A DNA stretch of 64,000 nt, from positions 124,001-188,000 of the forward strand of contig AP026157.1 of NCBI GenBank assembly GCA_030295235.1. Reading direction: 5' to 3'. The DNA comes from Fistulifera solaris. Lineage: Eukaryota. How positions within the stretch are numbered: position 1 is the stretch's first letter; every line of letters starts with the position of its first letter. Of the stretch, positions 33,552 to 47,200 are shown one piece after another. The position numbers were made by a program, and so were the translations under genes. The notes beneath the pieces are model-generated. The model was not told the DNA's origin. It saw nothing but the letters and a program-made list of their open reading frames with translations, and did not search any database.

Positions 33552-35752
33552 TTATCCGGAATCATGATACTGTTTCTTCAACGAGCTCAACCTGACACGC
33601 ACGGCAGTTGAAAATGCAGATTGACGGAACTTACTGTTGCCGCCCAGTTCATCGTCTCCCATTTCACCGTCGCTGGATGCGGAGATATCGCTAATAACTT
33701 GTCCATCATTTACTAAACTTTCACTTGAACTTAGCGATTCGGTGTCATCTGAGTCCGTCAATCGGCCACTTGTCGTTTCATCCTGTGTGCCATTGACGTA
33801 TTTGACCTGGTCGCTGACGGGCCCGCCACCCAGTAGCTTTCGTAGCATGTCTCCACGTTTTCCTTTTCCTAATTCATTGTGGAACCAAGCAATGCGTTCG
33901 TCCAGCTTTGTTTGTCCGTGCTGCTTTCGATTGTGTGCTTCTTCAACAGTAATGGCAGACGCCTCAATGAAACGATCTGTGGCGGCTTCCCAGGTCAATT
34001 TTGCCGCTAATTCCGTTGTCATGGGTAACGGCTCATTGTTTTGCGCCCAGTGGAAACTTGCAACAAACTCAAATTCATTGCGGTATCCCAAACAATTCGG
34101 GAAACTCAAAAAGAACTCGTTGGACGGATGAATTGGGATGATAACAAATTTGCCCATGGCCAGTGCTTCGGCTGTAGTCGTACACAGAACTTCCGAAATG
34201 GATGGGTTCACAAATGTTTTGTATCGTCCCAATGCCAGGTGGTCGACTCGACCGGGAAATTGACACGGTATGGGCTCGCGTAATTTTGGTCTTGTGCTAT
34301 CTTGGGACACAATGCTGTGTCGGAAGGCTGATATTAGAGAAGACGCTTTACTTGTGCTCGAAGCTTTTGAAGTGGAGATGCTGGAGTCACTTGCCACCTT
34401 GCTTTTGCAAGAAGCCGTTTCCGTTTCATCGGAAACATGTATCGCGTTACTTTGGATGATGTCGACAGTTTTCCCTATAATACTACCATAAGAGTTCTCG
34501 TTAGCATGTCGATTCTCTTTTCTGTTTCTAGAGCCAGTCTGAAATGCTTTCTGAATGATCTCCTGTTCAGGTCCTTTGCCGTAAATATCGATGGGGAAAT
34601 ATACTCCGGTCAACGCTTTGTGATAGTCTTCCAACCTGAGTAAAAGATCTAAACCCTTGGCCCACATTAGTTTTCCGATAAAGTAGGGCGTGGTTTCATC
34701 CTTCTCCGATGAGCACTCGCTTGCTCGTCTTTTTCCTTCTGTCAAAAACTCAGATCGCACCCCATGCACGTTGCACACAACCTCTTTTCCGGAGCGTAGT
34801 CATACAAGGCTGCGGACAGTTTAATGACCTTGTGACAGTAGGCGCGGACCATGGCCGACGATAACAACGAAATAGCCGGACCCGCCCATAAACCCGATAC
34901 TCCGCCATTGGCCGTTACGTACTCTTTATAATCTGCAAAATATCGAGCGAGAGCAGGTGTTGTGTAAGGTACAATGTTTTACAATGACACACGGGCAAGC
35001 CCATGGCGACAAAGAGACTTACTTGTGTGCAACACACCAATTACATAATTGTATTTGTGCGTCCAACTATCACCCGGAGCACGAAACCAGTTGATATGTT
35101 CAGGCTCTTCCAAAATACACACATCCATAGTCAATCCCGTCCCCTGAATTGTTTGCAACAAGTCTCCCATGGCGAAGATACTTCCCAACCCGATGTGATA
35201 ACGAGCCTCGTAAAAGAGGATTCGCAAACCGGATGCCGCATCCGGCATGTTGGCCTCGTTACGAAGCCAGTCGCGAATATAAGTGTCCTGCTCCTGTTGG
35301 GAGACAAAGATTCGACCCAGCGTTTCTTTCTGATCTTCGGGTCGATCCAGCCACGGAACAACCAGTGTCACCCATTGATGATCCTGACCATTGATTTCCT
35401 GGGTACGGCGATGCAAATAGGCCGCTCGTAACAAGGGATTGACAGCGGTTCCCGTAAACCAAGGTAAGGCTGCCGTCGTAACAATATGAAAGTGACGATT
35501 GGGGAGATTCAAATCGGATTCGGGTGTGATGGCCTTGCGACTCGTTTCTATTGATACTGTACTAGTCTCTGCCTCGCATTGCATGCTACGAGTCATTTTC
35601 TGTTCTTGTTGCAACCACAACTCGGACATGGAAGTTACTAGGCTGGAATAGTGTGGAAGCCGATCTTTAGCCGAGGCCGTGAGTGCCGAAGGCTCGTCGC
35701 TTTGGCTCGATGCACCAGTTAAACTGGGCACGCTGATGAGATCGTCACTCAT
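33552..35752 (-). CDS. DGD: Digalactosyldiacylglycerol synthase; intron 34933-35022; apparent frameshift near 34787
   Basis: IVTTAALPWFTGTAVNPLLRAAYL, LEEPEHINW, HT|NYKEY, AYCHKVIKLS, CNVHGVR, YFIGKLMWAKG, FVNPSISEVLCTTTAEALAMGK, LTWEAAT. Confidence 0.93.
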
Positions 35753-36067
35753 GGTGTATCTTCAACCACAGAGAAGTGAGGTCAAGTGCGATAAGGAGTC
35801 GTTTTATTCTTGTTCTTTTGATTTCGTGAATTCGAAGATACTCACAAAAAAGATTCCAACGGCCGTTGCAAAGAGAAAAATTGAAATGCCGATGATGACG
35901 TCATCCAACATAGAACACTCGTGAACAAAATCAGTCACGAATTGAAGCTAACAATGCAAACAGCAAACAGCCACAATCAGCGAAGAAAACACTAAGACAA
36001 TTATTTCATAAAGCTAGCTTGTTAATCTAAAGAGTGATTTATAATACAAACCAACGGCTTATGGGAT

Positions 36068-38283
36068 TTAGTAACATGCGGAGCAGCAGGGGCAATCGAT
36101 TTCGTTGCAATCAGCTTCTAACTTTATGCCCCGGCTACACCAGCTGTCAAATATAGAGCCAGTCAGGTCATTGGAATAAAATCGAAAGTGTAGCAGTTGC
36201 ATATTTTCCATCCTTGCGGGAAGCGACCCACTCAAATTGTTTTCTTCCAGATTCAACACGAGGAGATTGTTCAATCTACCGAGGCCTGCTGGGATACGAC
36301 CGGAAAGCTCATTTCGATCCAACTGAAGTATTTGCAGTTGTCGCAACAATCCAATTTCGTCAGGAATGGGTCCATTCATGTTGTTTTGACCAGCGTTGAG
36401 CGTCATTAAGCTATCAGAAAGCATGTACAGTTCAGGGAATAGGCTCCCCTGCAGCCCAGCCTCACGAAGTTCAAGGCCCGTCACCTGACCGCCCGAATTG
36501 CATGTTACGCCATTCCAGCTGCATTCTTCCGTATTTCCCAGCCATGAATCAACGCCGGCACTGTAAGCCAATCCAGCCAACGCAAATTGCTGGGAAATTC
36601 TCCATGAAGGCAATTCGGAGCTGCTGCGGGAAACCCAGTCAAACGCTCTTCCTGCTGCTGTGTTCATGTCGTCCAAATTGACCGTCGAGCTGGTGAGAGC
36701 GTCCATGATCGTGCTACGTACATCATCTGCCTTTGGGGTAGGTTCCAGCGTAGTGGCGGCGACGGTAGGAGAAGCTGTGGGTGGCAGAGTGGCGCGGGTC
36801 GGTGCCAAGGTTTCCACCAACGGGGCGGAAGGTTCTACCGTCGCAACAAAAGTAGGCCCGGGGGTGGCAGCCGAGGGGCGTTCGGTCGGTGGCACCACTG
36901 GAGCGGCGACAGGGGGGAAGAGGCACGGGTACGTTCGTGGGAACGCTTTCTTCACATAGACCACATGTAACAGGACACCATAGATAGCCTTCATTGTCAG
37001 GCAAGCACATACGATCTCGTTGAGCCGGATTATTTTGCAAGTAGACGCAGTCTTGATCACCGATTTCTGTGCTTATGCTGAACTTTTTGTAAGGATGATC
37101 GACGCAGTCTTCTTTCGACCAATTGAGCAATTTCGTAGGAGATGTTGTGGGGAAGGACGTCGGGGCGACTGTGGTACTATTTTCATTGGAATTCACAGCG
37201 CTCGATTGTGGAGTTGATTTTCCCGCCTGTTGTGCTAAGAAGCTTCCAACTGCTACGCCGACGGAAGCAACTAAAACAAAGCACAGTAGCGCCACGAGAA
37301 TATTAATTCGTCGCGGTGTCAAAAAGGGTTTTGGTGACGGTGAGGGAGGAGGCGATGAAGTCGAGTCTTTCGTCGGAGCTTGACTTAAAGGTCCCACATG
37401 TGGAATAATGATTTTGGTCGGGTATGGGAAAAAGTTGTCTGGCTTTGTGCTTTTCACCTCATCATTCATCTCACCTCCATCCAAGAACTCATCAAAATCA
37501 TCCACGTCACTCCCGACGACATTGTCATAAATTTCAGGTGTAGTGCTCTTTGGCTCGGTCAAATGAGACGTGTCGAGCTGTTCCCGAATATTGCTGTACG
37601 AATTAGCAAATATACTGTTGTTATTGTTGCTTCGTTCCGCGTTTGATACCGCGTCCATCTCGTTGCTGGATTGCATCCGCTCAAACTCAATCACAACTTG
37701 CGCTTCTTCGTCTTGAAGGCCCCTACGAAACGCTTCGCTGTCGTCATCACCGGAATCTTGTGAAACAAGGTGACGAGTATTGGCGATTCCTGCTGGGAAG
37801 ACGTCCGAATAATTGTCGTCCATTTCCGAATACTCCAGCTGTTCGTCCTGTTCATAGTCGGCGAGGTATTCTTCCGGTGGATCTTGTCGCTGGTCCGTGA
37901 CACACTCTTCGAGTGAATACTGGTATTGTTCTACGGAAGACTCGTTCGGCTCATCTTCGTGTTGCTCCTCATACTCCTGTGGCTGCTCTTCTTGCTGCAT
38001 TTCGTGTTCCACGTACTCTTGTGGCTGTTCGTCGTCGTGCTGCATCTCGTTTTCCAAGTAATCTTCGTCGTCGTGATGTAACTCCCTCACCACTGTAGGC
38101 TAGCGTTTGCTCGAGTTCTTCCAACGGCACGTCCCGTTCGGGCTCCGGCTGTTCTTCTTGCTGCAGCTCCTCTCCCAGATACTCTTGTGGCTGCTCTTCT
38201 TGCTGCAAATCTTCTTCTAAAAACTCTTGTGACTCTTCTTGCTGCTGCAGCTCCTCTTCCAAGTATTCTGACGGCTGCTCAGC

Positions 38284-38317
<34 letters not shown>

Positions 38318-38956
38318 AGCTCTTCTTCTAGATATCCTGGCGCCTGTGCGTCGGGCTGCTGTTCGGTGAGGTGCTCTTCCGCCGGATGGTGTTGCATTTG
38401 CTGCTCCTCTTCATACACTGGAGCCTCGTTCTCTTCCGGCTGCTGCTCTTCGACATACTGCGCGTCCTCTCCTTTCTGTTCTTCCTCGTACTCATCGGCG
38501 TACTCTTCGTTCTCGTTCTGCTCGTATAATTCCGCCTGTTTGTCGTCGTACAGCTCGTGTGGCTCCTGCAACTCCTGACCGACCTCATACTCATCGCTGG
38601 GTTGCTCTTCTTGAGTCTCCATGCTGGTTGCGGCGAGCTCATCATCGTCGGCCGGGATGACGACCGGCTCTTCCCGTGGAGCCACCGGATGAGACATCAA
38701 AACTTCGTCGTCACTCATGGGCTCGACACCACTCGACTCCTCGGTATCACTTTCATCGTTCGGGATGGCCAAGACATCAACGGCGATCGATTCGTGTAGA
38801 ATGGTGTTGGTTCGAAAGGACGTTTCGTAGTCATCTTCCGAAATTTGCGACACGACGAGGGGGATAATCCGGAACGAGCCCCGCTTCCGTCAAGATGCCG
38901 GAAACCATCGGCGGCTCATCCTTGTCGAGCTGCGGATGCTGCTCTTGCAAGTCCAT
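36068..38956 (-). CDS. Type II membrane protein: acidic E/Q-rich N-terminus, TM, ShKT-like Cys module, P/T stalk, LRR domain; apparent frameshifts near 38862, 38085 and 36915
   Basis: LTPRRINI + TM (LVALLCFVLVASVGVAVGSFLA); CVDHPYKKF...DCVYL...CLP...WCPVTCGLC; ECSWNGVTC LRR cap; LxxLxLxxNxLSGxIP repeats; C-terminal ADC..IDCPCCSAC. Confidence 0.8.
38285..38316. repeat. (CTG)n microsatellite encoding poly-Gln
   Basis: About 10 tandem CTG triplets. Confidence 0.9.
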
Positions 38957-40318
38957 GGTTGTGAATAATACAACAGGCGACCGTTCGAAATCGTAACTAA
39001 CGTTCACACCGTCCGAACGAAGACCGTTCTTTGGAAGGAGGTGCGTGTGGTGGGTCCGACGACGAGTGGTTGGTTTGTGAGACGAGTCGTATAAACGCCA
39101 CAAATAATTTGCCTTGACTAAAAAAAAGTTCAATCGGATCTCCCCCATTTTTCACGGATCGATACCAGAAAGTAGGTAAGAGTACTTAGCGGAGCGCGGG
39201 CTCCAGGAAAGATTATGATAGAGAAGAGTACAACAGAAACTCTAAGTATACGTTCAACGGCGGTCACCCGGTTTTCAAATCTCGTTACTTAGAGAGCCAT
39301 CGCCATTCCACTCCGTTTTTTCGGCGTTCGCGGATTTTTTTCTCACAAGGTGCGCCACGCGCCACACAAATTCGCACCGCGTTTGACAAACGCCTTTCCA
39401 CAGCACGCCGTTTGCCATGGATGTTGCGTCTCTCCAGAAGCAACGTGTGCGAAAGAAATCGTTTACGAACGCCTTTTGACTTTGCATCGCCCCGCCACGG
39501 ATCTCGTCGTTGACGAGCGTTGTTGAGGAAAGATCGGAGAGAAAATGTGTCGAACAGCGCTGAGATGATTTGTCTGTACCCGCATCTTTAACAAAAAAAA
39601 TTATTCTATCTTGAATCTCCATCACGAGGCAACCAGAGCCACTAAGAAAACTGCACAGAAAACGGCATGTCGAGGGCTCCAACGTCTCGACAATGTAAAA
39701 ATCGAAAGACGAGATTGATCTTGGAATTTGGGAGTAGTTTCTAGAGCTACGACTGGGTTGCAACCGTTGGGGATCATCGACTTTAGACCTTGTTGCTGCC
39801 ATGAATGAAGATTCACCTAGTTCATTCCTTCACAGTCGAAGAATGGGTATTCATAGTTCGTTCCACTGTGGTGCGAGACTGTCGGGTACAGTGTCGAAGA
39901 ATAGCACGGAAATGAAATAGGTTTGAGGAGTTTTGCTTCTGGCGGAGCATCTCCTTTTGCAAAAAACTTTTTACATAGACCTAGGTCTAAGCTAAGGAGC
40001 CGCAGATCACCGCAACTTTGAAGAATGAGAACTCGTCGGTAGAAGCTAGAGAGTATCGGTAATTAGAGTAGCCCGCTATCACGTGCGTGCATAGCTTTTG
40101 TCCGCCAAATGAGGCAGACGTGCACTTGTCGCTTGATGTGGAGCTGAGGACGTATAAAATCGTGTGAAAGCCAGAGCCAAGGGGGGAAGTTTGCCGCAGC
40201 CAGCAGGAGCCCTCGTTGCTCTCGTTGCTCCTCACAAATTAGACACCGAATGAAGACTGTTTACTTGTACAGGGTATTCTCAATTTTCACTTCCGAGTGA
40301 GCATAGAGAGCAGAGACA

Positions 40319-40970
40319 ACACCAGACACCAGAGTGACTCAAAGATGTGTTATCAGTTATCAGTTATCACTTGTCACTTGCAGCTTATTTTGCGACCTTA
40401 CTTTTTCTTCATTGTTGCCCTAAAGTTAGACTCTCTAGCCGAAAGCCGAAATAATGATAAATGATACTGTACATAAGAGAAAAACGATTATATCCTTTTG
40501 AGTGTACAATCCATGTTTGACGGTTCATTGACCGAACGCTAAAGTTTCCAGTTACATCGTCCGTGCTTGCCAAATTTATAGCCCCATGAATTTCAATCAC
40601 GATTTCTTGCTAATTGCCAACTCCTGTCAGAGAGTTTAGCGTTCATAGCTTATAGTTTATCCTCCGTCTTCAGTCTTCAGTTTTCATTCCAAATTCCTCA
40701 TCCTACTGGTAACCTTTGTCAAAACTTCAATTTGTACCCTGCACAGACACAGAATAGAGTTCTGTGAGGCCCCGTGCCCCGTGCCCCGTGGCCCCATCGT
40801 GAATAATGTACAGTATCTTCAGTCTTCAGTCTTCAGGGAGCTCTAAAACTAGAATTTAGCACCTAGTAGCTAGTAGCTCTAGAGAGGAGCACGGAACACG
40901 GCAGCATAGAGCCTCAAGAGAGCCTAGAGACTCTCTAGACTCTAGAGAGAGACGACTCGTGAGTCGTGAG
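40319..40970. repeat. Cluster of unrelated 7-bp tandem duplications
   Basis: (ACACCAG)2, (GTTATCA)3, (TCACTTG)2, (AGCCGAA)2, (GTCTTCA)2, (GCCCCGT)3, (TCTTCAG)3, (CTAGTAG)2, (CTCTAGA)2, (TCGTGAG)2. Confidence 0.9.
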
Positions 40971-41280
40971 AAGAGAAAGAATACTGTACTTTAGTCTCTC
41001 TAGTCCTGTTTAGTTGTATAGACTCTACTATCTGCACTCTAGAGGATTTGGTACTGGGAACTATAAGCACCATAAATCATAACTTGTTAAATGCTAAATG
41101 CTATAGTTCGCTTGTCAAGTTTAGGAAGCGCGACAGTCGAAAGTCGGAGGGAATCGACATGTTTTCAAATTTCAAAGTTGTCAAGGCCCACAATATCTTT
41201 GCTTCCAAACAGATAAACCTTTCACTAAATCGAGTTGCAACGACCTTCAAACTAAAAAACACAAAAAAATACGGAACATC

Positions 41281-44200
41281 ATGGCTGGCTTCACGGCAGG
41301 TGCCCTCTGGCTTCTTTTTGCCGCATCTTCCTTGTTGGCAACCCTCGGAGCACCGTCCAACGCGCCTACAATCAGCTTGGCACCGTCAAGTGCTCCAAGC
41401 GAATATACGTTCAATATTTCCGACTTGACAGGCGTCTTCAATGACTTGACGGAAATTACGGGACCTCTTTCCTCTCAAGACGTGCTCAACTCAAAGATTC
41501 CGTTCGTGGGCAAATCGATCAACGAGATGATCGGCGGTCAAGCTTCGACGACGATTGCGACCCTTCTTGACTTTTCTGGCTTTGTGAACTTCACCAAAGA
41601 CAGAAAAAACGGCGTATACGTTATATTCGATCGCAGTGCAATCGCTGCCGAGCTGACGGACTATTTGGAATCTTATGACACCACTGCAGATCTTTTGGCC
41701 GGTGAGGGTTGCTCGAAAAACATCGAAGCTTCCTATGAAGAAGGCGAGACAACAATGACTTTGGACTTTTGCGTGCTTTTTCAGCTGCCCAGAAGTTCCA
41801 CTTTAAGCGGGGATGGATTGTTTGACAGCATCCCTGATATCTTCGAGATCGACTTGGATGTGTCCCTCGACTTTCTGGCTACTCTCCTCTTCAAAGCTCA
41901 CCTGGAAATCGAGTTTGACGGACCGGGAGCCACAGCAACTATTACTGTTGACCCTATAATTGCCACCCTCGAGGCCAACGGGAATGTGGCTGTAACTGTT
42001 GGAGTAGGTGTGCTGGAACTCAAATCCGATGCAACTGCGGAGGTAGATGCGAGCTTCGAGCTCACGACGTGTGACATCACAGTAGAACCGTGTATTGATA
42101 TTGGTGAGCGACTAAGCACTTCGAATTTCTACTTGAAGCGCTCCGCGAGCTATTCGATCGCTGGTACTACGACCCTTGGCTCAACGTTCCCCGGACTCAC
42201 TCTTGGAAGTGACGCTGCTTTTTCAGTCGTAGAAAAGAACATTTTTGAGCCCAATCCCGAGGTCAACATTAAAGGATTCGTCAAAGAAGATTTTCTCAAC
42301 TTCAGCCCAGAGAACTCGGTGGCCATGCTTCGTTTGATCGACAGTGCAATCATACGTGCTCAGGAGAACGAAGCTTTCTATACGAACATTCCCTTGACGG
42401 ATACGAGTATCGCGGATGTGTTGTCGACGGGATCCTTGGTGACGACGAGTTTACTCAAGTTATTTCAGAAAGTCGAGCCGTATGAGGATCGGCCCACCAA
42501 ATCGCTCTGGCTGATTCAAAAAGATAACAAGGACGCTTACACCAATGACTCGATCAAGAACAAGACGTTTGAATTGTACTATCTGGCCGGGAAAAGTATT
42601 CCCAATACGGAACTGAATGTGAACCCTGATAATCAAAAAAGCTCTGCGTGGGCTAGTAAGTAAGGAAGGTGTCATATGCCCAATAAAGTTCGACAAGGAC
42701 TTCACGAGCTCGGTGGCGTTTAAAACCGAAATGTTGAAACTTTTGCAAGCAGATTGCCCTGCGCTCACTTTTTGCGATGCGAACCAATGCAAATTCGACG
42801 AAAGAAATAACGATTGCGACGAGTGTAAATTGGTTGTTGGGATTGGCAAGGAAGACCTTGTCTTTCTTGCCTCAAATGCCGACAACGATGTACATCTGAT
42901 CGGTTTCATGGAACCACTGGAATTTTCGCAGGGCGAAGGAAGTATTTACAAATTTCCTGTGAATACACCTGCTTACCCGTCTTTGATTCCTCGTTTCCGC
43001 AGTTGGGAAGACTTTACGGACCGCATCGAACAAGCCATTTCGAGTAGCGAACATATATCGGAGGCGAATGTTGATTTTAGGTACATCGAAGCAATCGATC
43101 AAGAAAAAGCGGCTGAATACGAACTGAGCATAGGTTTTTCGAAGACGGATTCGTTCCCAATCGCACTCAATGCTTCGGAAGGAATCGGAGACTTGATCGA
43201 CATTTCCGTGAGCGAGGGCTCTTCTCTTGACCTCACTGTGACCGCAACCTATACAACTAAGTTTGGTGTTATCCAACAAGCGAACGATGATGAACAGCTA
43301 ACCGTTTTAGCCCAAGCTTGTGAGGGAAATGGTCCCGTTTGCGATACTTCTTCGCTCGACATCAAGCTCTATTACGAAGACAACAATGATCCACAGCCGC
43401 AGTGGCGGAATGTGACGCTTCCTGGTGGACAGAATAAGCGTGTCGCACAAGTACTCAGTGAGACTTTCCGTGGCGTAGCTGACGTGACTGAAAAAGGCGT
43501 AAATAATTCACTCCTCGTGATTCGTTTCCTTCCGACGATCAGCGAAGTGAAATTGTTGCTGTTGAAGGTAAATAAATAATGACATGTTCGTTCAAAAGAG
43601 AAGTAAAAATACTCAGCTTATCGCTGTTCTCTCACTTTCTACTTCGTTGATATTGTATTGATCCCTTCAGAACTGCAACAGTACCGAAGATAAGACTAAA
43701 ATTGAACAGTACAACGTGCTCGAGTGTCGAAACAATGAAACCGTCTCTCCTATTGCAAACAACTACGGCTTGGAAGAATTTAGTCTTTCGAAGCGCCCTT
43801 GGCAGATTGGGATTGGAGAATCTTCAATTTCGGCAAACATTAGAGTTGATCTCGATGTCACGCTTTCGACAAATGTCGGAGGAGTCATTGAAGTGACGGC
43901 CAGTTTGAGCGGAAATATTACAGGATCCGTAAGCCTTTCTCTCGGAACCAGTGATCTTCTCCCTTTTACCGACTGGCTTGTGGGTCTCATTAATATATTT
44001 GATACGGATAACACGAGCGGGGGCTTTATTGCTGGTTTTTTCGATGCGACAGCGACCTTTAATGCTCGATTTGATGGGCTCGTCGAGCCAAGTTCTCCGT
44101 TTGATTGGCTGCCAACGGCTAATGCAACTGGAGGTTTCGCCCAGCCCTTTGAAATTGACTTCCTTTCGAAAAGCTTCTCGTATCCTGATATCGATTTTGA

Positions 44201-47200
44201 AGTAAATATTGAACGTATTGGTGACGTTCGGAAGCTCACATTTAGACAAGTAGTTGACATTCTAGGTGACGTCCTCGAGTTTTTGGTCGGAAGCAACGAC
44301 GATGACCAAGTCGATTCTTGCTCGGGTGGCCTTCTGGGACAAGATGCCTTTACATTTGAACTTCCAGGTGCGTTTCGATCGACTACTCAACAAATTTTTG
44401 CGGCCATGGTTTTATTAGTTCTCGTCACTCACAATATTTTGCTTCTTGTACACTAAAGTACTCGGAATCAGTGTATGCAGTACTGCGTCGTTTCTCCAAG
44501 TCGTCGTTGATGCCATAAAGGAGCTAGAAGACGAGACTTCTACCTCTGGCGACAAGACAACGACCACGTTTTCTTCTTTGCAAGTGAAATTGGAAACCCT
44601 TTTAAGGGACGGTGTAGGCGCAGAGCCCGATGTCAACATCACAACCACGTCGGATTCGATTCGTTCCGAACTTTTGGTGGAAATCACTCTTAGCTGGTCG
44701 TTTACTAGAATGGAGACATTTTTCTTGGATATGTCCGAGTACTTTACGCCAGAGGAACTTGATGCCAACAATGGTCTTGATTTCTTTGCAAACGCGCTGC
44801 TGCCAGGAACTGGAGAATTTAAATACGAGCTTGATGGATCGCTGATATTCACGATGGGTGTTGGGCTGGAATATGTAAAAGCGACGAAGAAAGTGAATCG
44901 TTTTGTGAGAGGGACGACGGGGTTGACATTAGAGTTGGCTGCAAAGGGGGGACTCGCTTATGAGTGCGCCGTTGGCATGTTCCAAGGGGATGTCACCGCC
45001 GATTTCATGTTCGGTCCGATGACACTTTCGGCGGGTCTAAATGACAATCTGAACTACTATCTCGACGACTCCGTGTCAGGAAGGCCTGGGTTCAAATCTG
45101 TGAACGGAATTAAAGGCCTTGTCTCAGAAGTAAAAACAAAGTTCTCAGGACAGGCCACTGCTAATGCGTTAATTGATTTGAGTTTGCTTGGCCTGTCTGT
45201 TGACGTTAAGGCTGAGCTTAGTGATTTGGACAAATTCTTTAGGGGAGACAAGTCCGTGTTGACCGTCAACTTCAATCCTCCTTCCCCGGACTTTACGGTT
45301 CCCACTTTATTGGATATTCTTCTTGCAGAGCCACAGGGTATCCTTGATGCTCTGGATGATGTATTCAAGACTGCAGAAGAAGCAGCTGTTGGCGAGAACG
45401 GACTTGTCACTCGGTTTCCTGTACCGTTCATTCGGAATGGGTTGGGAGACGCTCTTGGGGCAGGTACCTCGAATAATATTCTAGCGAAAGGGCGAAATAA
45501 AGTGATTCCCTTTTTACAAGAGGGTTTCGATTCTCTTGACATGAAGACAAACACAGTAGGTGGTGTGCTAGCGTCCCTGATGGATAAGGCTATGGATGCA
45601 GTTCAGCCAAGTCTTCGCCGGCAGGATACGTTCACAAATTTTACGTGCTACACCGACGGTGACAGTCAGCCAGTGGACTGCGAAAACGATAATCTTGTTA
45701 TTAAGTCAGTAATGTGGGAACTTCCATTTGGACAGTCCTTCACCATTGATCTCCCCCTCGATTTTGATTTGAATGCGGATCAATTTCCGCTTGAAATTGC
45801 TTTTGATGGCGGGCAGTCTAGTTTGACAATAGGATGGAATTTCACTCTTGCATTTGGATACATGGAGGGTCCGGGCTTTTTCCTCTATACTTTTCCCGAT
45901 GGTGTCCCAGAAATTTCGATCCAGGCAGGTCTAACAATTCTTGGCTTCACACTCGACGCGGCCTTGTTGTTCCTTAAAGGCTCACTCCAAAATGGGGATC
46001 TGAATGTCGCCGTTGCTTTGTATGTTGATATGGACAAAGGCAATGCACTACGACTGAAGTCGGAAGAAGATGAAACAGATCTCGAATACGGTCGCCTTAC
46101 CAGGGATTCCTTTCGTAAAATTACAAGAATTAGTGATCTTTTTGTTCCCGGTGCGACCGCCGCTGCTACTGTTGAAATTCCCAATGTCCAGTTTGAAGTC
46201 AGCGCTGATTTGTTAGGAGGGGGATCACAAGCGGAGAAAGTTATGGATTACATTCCCAAGCTCGAAGCTGAGATCTATGCTCATGCGCGAAAGAAGACTT
46301 CTGCTGATAATTCTGTGGAAAGAAAATTAAAAGTTGGCAGTGCGCAAAGGAGTTTCGTTGTACACCCTGCTCTCGCTGGGCATGAGACCGCTCCTCTCCT
46401 CCGTTCCTTGTCCGATTCCACAGACATTCTAGCGGACAACTTTGTGTTCGATGGATGCTCTCTTGATGGCAAGGATTTCTGCGCTAGCGTGAATAATGTG
46501 ACTATGGACATGACGAAAATTAGAGACCTGGTCAAACCGGTATTGGAAAATATAACCAATACAAATGGAACTGGTCTTCTCGACAAAATGGTCCGTCCAC
46601 TGATTATTTTGGAGGAAGAACTACCCGGGATTTCCGAAATTTTGAAAAAAAAGGTCACTGTCTTGGATATAGCTGAGGTACGCATAGATGATTGACTAGT
46701 TTTTACAATTTTTTTATTAAAAGAACGTACTGACATCATCTTCCTTAACGACTAGGCCATGATTGGTTCAAAATCAGGCGCGCCATCAGTTCGAAAAATA
46801 ATCAGGACTTATAGAGAGATCAACGATTTTCTCGAAGGCTTCTTGGAAAAAGGTGGCTTACTTCTTGCCGATAAATGCGATCCGCTTGATGGCTTTAAAT
46901 CTTGTATTGGCGGCGCCATAGGCAGTCGAAGGCTGACGACGCGTGTCCCTGACGAGATGAATCAGATTTTTGATTTTGAAGACACATCAAGGCAACCCAC
47001 CTTCCCTTCGCATCTACTCGAGAAAGAACGAGAACTGGAAACTGATTGTAAAACGGATGCATTTGTTCTTCCAACGTGCGCAGGGACCTGTACCGGCTGC
47101 AAAACACTTGAGAAAGCAAAGTGTCTACAACGATACCTTGCCTGTAAGGGAAAGAGTGTGAATGGGCTGACGTTTCCCTTCATGAGCGATTTGGCGAGCG

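Noticed and set aside
39275..40235. 175-aa and shorter ORFs as a possible transposase remnant at the edge of the giant-gene block
   Set aside because: No transposase or reverse-transcriptase motifs and no terminal repeats were seen.
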